DNA of 64,000 bases from Selaginella moellendorffii (Eukaryota; Plantae; Lycopodiophyta): contig NW_003314322.1 of NCBI RefSeq assembly GCF_000143415.4, forward strand, positions 859,798 to 923,797, written 5' to 3'. The notes under the pieces were generated by a model. That model saw only the letters and a list, made by a program, of their open reading frames with translations, did not search any database and had not been told where the DNA came from. Shown piece after piece: positions 54,722-64,000 of the stretch. Numbering within the stretch: the stretch's first letter is position 1; every line of letters begins with the position of its first letter. A program made the position numbers and the translations under genes.

Positions 54722-57700
54722 CTATGGATGAGGAATCCTTGCATGAGGAGGACTTTAGTGAGGAAACTTCCAAGCAGGAGTTTGGTGGTGAAGATCGGTC
54801 ATCCAAGGCTCAATTGGACGTTCTAGAAGGACAATTAGCACAGACCAATGCCCTGTTGAAAATTGTAGATGATGGCAGCACAAAAGGCATGAACCCTTTG
54901 GCAGGACTAAAGTGAAACCAAACAATGTCGAACAAATTGAAGTGAAATCAGTCCTTCAAGAAGTTTCCAAGTACAAACCAAAGCCTCCACCGGTCTTCAA
55001 GGGAATGAATGACTATAAGGTGGTGGAGGATTGGTTTTATGATATAGAGGATTACTTCCGAGTGTTGTGGTTACCAAGTTCGGAGAAGGTCCCATATGCA
55101 AAACTATACTTAGCAGATAATACTAAGTCTTGGTGAAGAATAACAAAGGCCAACAAAGGACTAGTGGCCACTTGGAAAATGATGAAAGCAAGGATCCGTG
55201 TGATTTACATTCCTCTAAATGCTACTCTACACTTAAGGGATGAATTGAGTAAGTTGAAGTAGATTGAAATCATTCAAGAGTATGTGAATGAGTTTATGGC
55301 AAAGAGGATACTTGTCATGATATGGGTGATATGGATGTGTTCCATACCTTCATATAAGGCTTGCAAATCTGGGCTCGAGGCGAGGTGATGCATTGGAACC
55401 CGACCAACTATAAGGAAGCATTGGACGCAGTTATTAAGGTGCATTTCAATGATAACCTGCGAAAGGGGAACACAATGGGGTCAGGATCCACGTTCAGCAA
55501 AGGAGCCAAATCAAGAGGGATATATGGCAAAGGAAAATTCAAGAAGAGTTTCTCTAAAAATGAGTTCTCAAGTTTTCGGAAAGGCAAATCCAGTGGCCAA
55601 CGAGCAAGTACGTAGGAGAGTTAAGCAAAAAAGGACAAACTTATGGATAAAAAGGTCAAGTCAACTAGTAGCATGGGAAACAACATATGCTTCAACTGCG
55701 ATGAAGCATGACACTTTTTGAGAGAATGTCCATACCCGAAAAAGGCTAGAGTCAATATGGCCATTAAGTCGGGTGAAAATCAAATTGAGGTATGTGATCC
55801 AGTCCCTAGCTCAAAGTTACTCATTACACAAGCAACTTTGGTAGAGAGTTGTTCGTGACATAGCTTAGCCCTCCGACGGAAGCTCAAAGGTAGCTTTATT
55901 AAGATCCTTATTGATATGGGTGCTTCAAATAATTTTGTGGTTGTAGATATAGTTTGGCAAGCCAGACTAATGGTATAACGGCTAGGCGAACCAAGGACTA
56001 TAGAGTTTGTTCAAAGTAGCCAAAGCACAAATGAGATACTTTGACAAGCAAGAGTCAAAGTAGGGACATGGAAAGTGGACATAGATTTCATCGTGTTGGA
56101 CATGGTGGGATTTGACATGATCTTTTAGATGGATTGGTTCAATTAGTTTGTGATAGCCCTACATGGACAAGGTAAGAACCTTATGGTACTGGCGAATGCT
56201 TGGGAAGAACGATTCAGGGTAGTGGTCCAGAATCTAAAGGTAAGGCAATGTAAGGCTAAAGTCTCCTGTTTGAACCTTGTGTCCACAAGAGAATAACTCA
56301 CTAAAAAAACCAAGGTAGCATTTTTGTGCTTACTCTTGGCGAGGAGTGACAAAAAGACAGGAACAGAAGAAGTACTTTTAGTGATCCAGCGGGTGTTGAA
56401 CTAATTTTAAGATACTATGCCGGAGGAGCTACTAACATGGTTACCCCCTGAACGACCAATAAAACATAAAATAGAATTTATCGAGGGTGCTAAGGCAATG
56501 GTTCATCTCTCCTATCGTTTGAACAAAAAGAAACTTAAGGAGCTCAAACACCAAGTAGAAGAGTTAGTGGATAATGGGTATATTAGGTTGAGTAAGTCAC
56601 TATATAGGGTGCCAATGTTATTTGTGAAAAAGAAAGATGGATCTATGTGCATGTGTATAGACTATTGGTTACTCAACAAGTATATAAAGAAGAACAAATA
56701 TCTTTTACCAAGGATTAAGAACTTATTCGATAGGTTGGGAAAGGCAAAATACTTCTCAAGGATTGACCTAAAGTTAGAATACTATCAAATCAGGGTAGTA
56801 AAGGAAGATGTCAAGAAAATAACCTCTTGGATAAAGTATGGGAGCTTTGAGTTTCTAATGATGCTCTTTAGGCTATGTAATATGTCGGTAACATTTTCGG
56901 CGCTAATGAACCATGTTTGTACTTTATCTAGACTATTTTGTGGTCGTCTATATTAATGATATCCTAATCTATAGCGAGATGCTAGAGGAGCATGCCGAAC
57001 ACTTAACGAAAGTGTTTGAGAAACTAAGGGAACACAAGTTGTATGCTAAAAAGAGCAATATGACTTTGTTCAACAAGAGGTAAAGTTTCTCAAGCATGTG
57101 GTGGGCAAGGATGGGCTCAAAGTGAACCCTAAGAAGGTCCAAGCAATCCAAGAATGGGAGCGACTATCGAATATACACAAGTTGAGGGTGTTTTTGGGGC
57201 TATATAACTACTATCGAAAGTTTATCAAACACTATTTAAGAGTAACTCTGCCTTTAACAGACTAAATAGGAAAAAAAAAAGATGGTATAAATAGCAAAAT
57301 GCGAGGTGGCATTTGTCCACCTCAAAGGGAAGTTGAGGAAGATTCCCATATTGGCATTATTAGACTTTGGTAAGGACTTCGAGGTACAAATAGACACTTC
57401 AAACATTATGTTAGGCACAGTTTTGAAGCAGGACAACCATCTAGTGGCGTTCTTCTCAAAGAAGTTGGACAAAGCTTAGAGAAAGTGGCTTGCCCATGAG
57501 AAAGAATTATTTGCAGTGGTCAAGGTGCTCAAGGAGTGGTGACACTACCTTAGGAGGCACTTCAAAGTTTACACAGATAATGTGGCAATGAAACATTTCT
57601 TGTCATAGCCTGACTTACAAGAACGGTGAGTTAATGTTTTGGCCAAGTTTGATTGTGAGATTTTGTATAAATATGGGAAGAGCAACATCGTAGTAGATGC

Positions 57701-57846
57701 TCTAAGTTGCAAGTTTGAAGTTGGCGATATCCAACTCGACAACAACCTTTTGGGATGATTTACAGACAGTATATAGAAACGATAGGCTAGCACAAGAAGT
57801 GTTGCTAAGGAACCAAGAGGCGTGGGATGCTCACCAGAGAAGTGAG

Positions 57847-59365
57847 TGTGAGACACAAGATCCCTAGACCCCAAAGTGGAGCCGGAAGGGTGCCATGTGG
57901 TAATGGCCAAAGCAAAAACCAAACAAGCATAACATGTTTGGACTAAAAGTTCCGACTTGAAAGGTCAAGAGCGGGAGTGGAATTCCCAACGAAGTGCTTA
58001 AGGAACAAGCACAGAGCAAGCAATAAGTGAGTCTTTAGAAAAGGGACACAAGAGGACCAATACATGACATGTGGAAGTGTCTGAGATGGATCCGAGATGG
58101 ACCCGAGATGGACCTGAGATGGAGTCCGAGATGGAGTCCAAGATGGACCCGAGATGGAGTCCGAGATGGATCTGAGATGGACCCGAGATGGAGTCCGAGA
58201 TGGACCTGAGATGGAGTCCAAGAGGGAGTCCGAGATGAAGTCTGAGATGGATCCGAGATGGAGTCCAAGACGGAGTCTGAGATGGACCTGAGATGAAGTC
58301 TGAGATGGAGTTTGAGATGGACCCGAGATGGAGTTCGAGAAGGACCCGAGATGGAGTTCGAAAAGGACCCGAGATGGAGTCCGAAGTCGAGATCAAGACC
58401 GAGACCGGGACCAAGACTGAGACCGAGACCGGGACCGAGACCGAGACCAAGGCCGAGGCCGAGACCGAGCCCCAGCCCGAGTCCAAGTCCGAGTTCGAGT
58501 CCGAGTCCGAGTTCGAGTCTGAGAGAGTGAAAGCCCAAAGCATTCGTCTCCCAGACCTTGGGGGGTTTGGTGAGCTCCAAAAGTATAGTGAGGGGGAGGA
58601 CTCCAGTGGAGCCAGTTTGGCCCAAGAAGGTTGTGCCCAGGTGCTAGGTGATGGGATAACCATTGGGAAGTCCAACGCTAGAGTGAATACAAACTGACAA
58701 GCGTGGTAGCTTGGTGAAGTGTTCAAGAGTCGACTCTAGTTCCCCCGGGAGATCGACTAGCCGATGCTCCCAATCCAAGTGTGGGTGGCACTACCTACTT
58801 GGATACCTGGCATGGCTCAATGGAACCTCGCTCTAAGCCCATGGCTAGAGCACCTAAAGGTGGAAGGCGGGGAGAGTACCCATGACGCCTGCGTAGGGCC
58901 ACGGTATTCCGAAATGTTGTCCTAAAGTCCTAGACTGTGGAAAGGAAGAGGAGTAGCCCTCTGGTGTGGTGACTAAGGACACAATCACATAGTGAGGAAG
59001 TCCTAGAGGACAGTGGGACTTAGTGGTCGGGCCCGTGGGCCTTGATCCAATGGCAATGTTAGCAAACACGGCTGAGGACAGAAAGGGACTTAGTGGGGAC
59101 CGGAACGGAGATATTGGGGAAGGTTATTCCCCATGTTTATGGGCATCCTAAGGATGCTAAGGAGTGGATCTGGGATGACCACTCATGGACGAATGGCCCA
59201 GTCTTGGAGAGACGGGATTGCAATGCAGGTGGATGGATGCCATTCTCGGGGCTAGCAAGCCCCAAGTCCTGAATGGGACTTATGGAGGTTGTGAATGAGA
59301 CTCCTCCAAGTGGTCGAAGGTGCGGTTAAGTGACTAAAGTAGAATGGAAAAATTAGTTGCTTACA
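57847..59365. mobile_element. Solo LTR (1519 bp) inserted into the pol gene
   Basis: Begins TGTGAG, ends CTTACA; flanked by 5-bp TSD GTGAG (57842-57846 and 59366-59370). Removing it rejoins HQRSE|LPTEEKIGY, matching the uninterrupted copy at 62229-62693 (HQRGQLPMEEKIGY). Confidence 0.9.
58080..58522. repeat. 11-12-bp (GAGATGGAGTCC/GAGATGGACCC) and 6-bp (GAGACC/GAGTCC) tandem arrays within the solo LTR
   Basis: Directly visible arrays; related 6-bp arrays at ~52880-53025, ~61280-61445 and ~62985-63130. Confidence 0.9.
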
Positions 59366-61852
59366 GTGAGCTGCCAACGGAAGAAAAAATAGGTTATACG
59401 GGATGCAATGGACTCATCTATTATAAACAAACGAAAATGTATGTTTCAGAAGGGGAATTAAGGAAGGTAACCTTAGAGGAGTGTTATGATGGACCTCTTG
59501 CAGGATACAGTAGAGTGCCCAAGATGATGGGCTTATTCAAGAGGAAGTATTACTAGCCAAATATAGCTAAGGATATTCAAGACTATGTAAAGATATGTCC
59601 AGCATGCCAACAGGTCAAAGCCATGACTAAGTCTAGTGGGGGCTTATTACAAAGCCTCTCAATTTCAGATCATCCATGGAAGTGTTTTACAATGGACTTC
59701 ATCATAGGACTCACAACGAAAGTGGATGCAAAAGGTGTGGCAAAGCTATTCTTCAAATAAATGGTTCGAATGTAAGGAAGGCTAAAAGAGATCATCTTAG
59801 ATTGAGATAATATCTTCACTAGTAAGTTCTAGAGAACTCTCTTGGAATAATATCGCACCAAGTTGAAATTCAGCACAACTTTTCATCCACAAACATGTAT
59901 TGGGTATTAAGTCAAATTTGATGGCACAAACACTTGTTGATAGACGGACAAACAAAAAGGGTGAATAGGTAGTTGGAGGATTATTTATGATGCTATGTCT
60001 TTGGAGACCAGACCGAATCGGTAAGTCATTTGGGACTTGTGAAAATGTGTTATAACAATTCACCACATTCGAGTATCGAGGTGAGTACATGAGAAGTCAT
60101 CAATAGGTGAGCTATTGAAGGTCTTGTGGAACTCAGCATGGCTGAGTATCATGGAGAGTTACTTGTTATAGAGGCATTCACGGCAAAAAGACTCAATATT
60201 TGGAATTTAGTGGGGGATTTCTTAGAATGGGCTCAACAAAGGCAAATTAAATATGCGAACCAGAAGTGCTAGAACATAGAGTTTCAATTTGGGGAGAAGG
60301 TATGCTGAATACCAAGAACCTAAGACTACCAAGTAGGATCAACTGAAAGATGACCCAAAGGTAAAAATATATGTATTCCTGGATGAACTGATCTTGAGTT
60401 TCTTAAGCAAGTTCGCGGGGCCTTATAAGATTAAGGGATGAATTGGTAAGATGGTTTATTGCCTTTAACTTCCTCGAGAGATGGGGAAGATGCACTTTGC
60501 GTTCCATATGAACTTTTTTAAACTGTACTTTGAGAATTTGCTTCGCAAGGACCAAGTAAAACCTTTACCTAAGGTTATCAAAGGGGAAGAGGAATACAAA
60601 GTTGAGGCCATCCTCAATGTGCATAATAGCAAGTAACAAGAATGCGAGGTGAGGGAATTCCATGTAAAGTGGAAAGGATTTCTACACTGCGAAGCAACAT
60701 GGGAATTGAAGGAGAACATACCAAACATGCGGGATCTAGTGAAGGAATTTTTGCAAGGTAAAACTCTATGTACTTATGCAAAATTCAATTAAAGAATCTA
60801 TTTTGAGAAATTGAGCAATGTCATATGTTGGGACCCAAAGGTGCACCAAAGGTAAGCTAATTAGCATGGGTTAGTTAAGTCGACCAAGCATAGGGAATTA
60901 CGCCCGACTCCCCACGGGAATGTCAAATCCATAGATATATTCTACAAAGGTTGGGTTTGAGTCCCAACCCTATAGTAAAGCAAGGCTAGGTTCAAGTCCC
61001 AACCCTATACTAAGATGAGGGGTATAGGGACACTTATACTCTATTGTCATAGGCTCTTAGTTGGGGAGGCTAACTTAGGCACACTGCTAAGTGGGGGGAT
61101 GCCCTTGGAGACATGGTTAACAAGTCATAAGATTAAAAAGAGGTGTTCAATGTGGGCATTGAACTTCTTTTATAGGTGGTGGAGTTATAAGGAATTAACT
61201 CCTCGAGGTATAGCTAAAAGATCCTCAAAAGCTAAAAGATCCTCAAAAGCACGACCAAAATGATAAAGAGTTCATCAAATGAGACCGAGTCCGAGATCAA
61301 GTCCAAGGCCGGCTTTGAGACTGAGTTTGAGACTGAGTCCGAAATTGAGTCCAAAATGGACTCCGAGACCGAGTCTGAGACCGAGTTCGAGACCGAGATC
61401 GACACTGAGTCTAAGATTTGAGATTGGATCCGAGATTGAGTCCGAATAATATAGGTCATGGGGTGAAAGCCCAAAACATGTGTCTCCTAGGGGGGGGGGG
61501 CTTGCAGGGGGTTCCAAAAGTAGGGATAGTGTAGTTTTGGATTCTCTAGTATTCATATTATCACTTATCACATTGTAAGATCATGATTTTAGAGTTTATA
61601 AGTTATAAACTTTTCTTTTCCAATTTGTCAACTTATCTCTTCTATTCGAGCACCTTTGCCTTGGCCTCAGTTAAGTTCTCTCACCAAGATTCCAGCCTAT
61701 TATACTAACTCCTACTTAGATTCAATTACTCACTACACGAGCAATGCAATGTTAGCCATCTATCCATAGATTCCTAGATTCTCTCCTAATCCCCCTCCCC
61801 AGGTTAGACTAGATTTAAGGTTTACCTATACTCCCCACATGCATAAACAACT

Positions 61853-62125
61853 TGTGAGAGACAAATCCTAGAGCCCCAAAAGTGGAGGTGAAAGAGTGCC
61901 ACATGGTAGTGGCTAAAGTGAAAGCCAAACAAGAGTAACACATTTGGACAAAAAGCTCCAACTTAAAAAATTGAGAGTGGGAGTGAAACTCTCAATGAAG
62001 TGCTTAAGGAATGAGTATGAAACAAACAATAAGTCATTCTCTAGAAAAAGGACAAAAGAGTCCAAGATGGACCTGATATGGACCCAAGATAGAGTCCAAG
62101 ATAGACCCGAAATGGAGTCCAATTA
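61853..62125. mobile_element. Truncated LTR fragment of the same family as the solo LTR
   Basis: TGTGAGAGACAAATCCTAGAGCCCCAAAAGTGGAG aligns with the solo LTR start at 57847. Confidence 0.8.
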
Positions 62126-62127
62126 AG

Positions 62128-62980
62128 AGGCTTTGTAACAAGCCCCCACTAGCCTTAGTCATGGCTTTGACCTGCTAACATGTTGGACATGTCTTTATAT
62201 AGTCTTAAACATCCTTAGCCATGTCTGGCTAGTAATACTTCCTCTTGAATAAGCCCATTGTTTTGGGCACTCCGCTATATCCTACAAAAGGTCCATCATG
62301 ACATTTCTCTAAGATTACCTTCCTTAGTTCCTTTTCTAGAACATACACCTTTGTTTGTTTATAATAGATGAGTCCATTGCGTTCCGCATAACCTATTTTC
62401 TCTTCCATTGGCAGCTGACCTCTTTGATGAACATCCCGCACCTCTTGGTTCCTTAACAACACTTTTTGTGCTAGCCTATTGTTCCCATATGTTGTCTGCA
62501 CATCATCCCAAAAGGTTGTTGTTGCGTTGGATATCGCCAACTTCAAACTTGCCTTTCGACTTAGAGCATTTGCCATGATGTTGCTCTTCCCAGATTTATA
62601 CAAAATCTCGCAATCAAACTCAGCAAAAGCATTGGCCCACCGCCCTTGTTTTCCTCTTAAGTCAAGCTGTGACAAAAAGTGTTTCATTACCACATTATTT
62701 GTGTAAACTTTGAAGTGCCTCCCAAGGTAGTGTCACCACTCCTTGAGCACCTTGACCACCGCAAATAATTCTTTCTCATGGGCAGGCCATTTTCGTTGAG
62801 CATTGTCCAACTTCTTCGAGAAAAATGCTACTAGATGGTTGTCTTACTTCAAAACTGCACCTACACACAAAGTCTAACGTGTTCGTTTCTACTTTGAAAT
62901 CCTTACCAAAGTCTAGTAATGCCGGCACAGAAATCTTCCTCAACTTCCCTTTGAGGTGGACAAATGCCGCCTCGCATTCC
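62128..62980 (-). mobile_element. Inverted gypsy RNase H-integrase fragment
   Basis: ORFs 62229-62693 and 62776-62982 are paralogous to 57300-57840 plus 59370-59660 (ANALSRK, CHDGPFVGYSGVPKT). Confidence 0.9.
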
Positions 62981-62984
62981 ACTG

Positions 62985-64000
62985 TCCGAGACCAAGACCG
63001 AGACTAAGTCTGAGATCCGAGATCGGGTCCAAGATCGAGTTTGAGACCGAGTCCAAGACAGAGTCCGAGGTTGAGTCCAAGATCGAGTCTAAGATCGAGT
63101 CCAAGATTCAGTCCAAGACCGAGTCCAAATACTAATACAAGTCGTGGGGTGAAAGCCCAAAGCGTGTGTCTCCCGAGGGGGGCTTGCAGGGGAATTCCAA
63201 AAGTATAGTAGGGATAGTGAGGTCCAGGAATCAGTCTTGAAAGAACTCTCTAGTGGTGTTTCCAAACTGACTTGAGGTTGAGATTAAAGCTGAGGGGCCT
63301 TGGCATGGACTCGGGTGGTGCCAAAGGGGCCTCCCAAGGAAGCGCTCAAAAGCAGCTCCCACTCCCAAAAGAGAAACCAACTAGGGTGCTCCTAGCTCAT
63401 ATAAAGTGGTGCCCTACTTGAGTACCTTGTGGCTCATTAGTCCTCACCCTTCCTAGGGGCTTGGGCTTTCCTTTTGGGATGGGAGCGGGGAGTAGGGGAA
63501 CCCATACTAGGCCGTTATACCATGGTGTTTCCCCCTGGTGTCCTGAAGCAAGTGTTGCACCCAAGGCTTGGGATTTAAAGGGTCCCATGATCAAATCTTG
63601 TTGTACCAAAGGATGTTAGGAACTTGGTGGCTTGGTGTGCTTAATTGCTTGTGCCTGTAGGGAATGTAACTAAACCTTAAGTCCATTTTAACCCGGGGAG
63701 GGGAATTGAGAGAGATTTGGGAATTCATAGATGGATGGCTAATGCTCCGTTACTCATGTAATGAGTAGTTGAAACCAAGTAGGACCAAATAGGACCAAGT
63801 AAGAATTGGTACAATAAACAGGAACCTTGGCGAGGGAACTTAACTAAGGCCAAGGCCGTGGTGGTCGGATAGACTCGGTAAGCTAGCAAATTAGAAAGGA
63901 AAAATTTTATGGCTGACATTCACTAGGCTACCCCGCTTGTCTGTTTGTATTCACTTTAGTTTTGGACTCCTTAGTAGATATATCATCACTTAACACATGG
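62985..64000 (+). mobile_element. LTR/5'-leader-like segment of a related gypsy copy, running off the window
   Basis: Collinear with ~52900-54050 (6-bp array, TGAAAGCCCAAAGC, G-run-CTTGCA, CCAAAAGTATAGTAGGGA), lacking roughly 53430-53725. Confidence 0.75.

Larger units (their letters stand above)
52827..61530 (+). mobile_element. Decayed Ty3/gypsy chromovirus LTR retrotransposon with nested insertions
   Basis: gag from about 54724 with CCHC knuckle CFNCDEA*HFLREC (~55690-55735); protease ILIDMGASNNF (~55905); RT (PMLFVKKKDGSMCMCIDY, YFSRIDL); RNase H (~57300-57720); integrase Zn finger (CPACQQVK ~59600); chromodomain EEYKVEAIL...FHVKWKGF...ATWE (~60590-60710). Many stops and frameshifts. Related direct repeats at ~52827-53110 and ~61231-61530 are candidate LTR parts; outer boundaries uncertain. 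Confidence 0.9.

Noticed and set aside
58080-58522. CRISPR-like appearance of the repeat array
   Set aside because: No unique spacers and no cas genes; simple tandem repeat in plant DNA.
57943-58726. Long ORFs with SISDSISGPS, LGLGLG and ETETET repeats
   Set aside because: By-products of stop-free tandem arrays inside a solo LTR; open in several frames on both strands.

Overview
Compact plant nuclear DNA, most consistent with a lycophyte such as Selaginella (inferred from ~50-60 nt introns, very short intergenic spacers and a lineage-style PLS-PPR gene; not verified by search). Three compartments. (1) 1-2.9 kb: AT-rich, CpG-poor decayed sequence. (2) 3.2-46.9 kb: a GC-rich block of about 18 genes: DEG5-like protease, an L12-N/histone-H1-like chimeric ORF, LRR-III RLK, group IIc WRKY, a second RLK, a TruA-type pseudouridine synthase, a TDY MAPK head-to-head with a PAS-Raf MAPKKK, nuclear poly(A) polymerase (spanning a 100-N gap), HhH-GPD glycosylase, DUSP12/YVH1, an orphan membrane protein, beta-hexosaminidase, GC1-like protein, PP2C, SNAP25-like SNARE, CA1Pase-like phosphatase and a truncated PPR. 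(3) 47-64 kb: an AT-rich region with a convergent pair of compositionally alien small secreted Cys proteins, then a decayed Ty3/gypsy chromovirus carrying two nested insertions, each with an exact 5-bp target-site duplication: a 5S-rRNA-bearing Cassandra TRIM at the gag ATG and a 1.5-kb solo LTR in pol. Best leads: the Cassandra element shares its terminal 10 bp with the solo LTR (candidate autonomous partner family); the secreted-protein pair shares an upstream motif at identical spacing; the HhH-GPD and DUSP12 genes may be dicistronic; and the L12-N/H1-like chimera.
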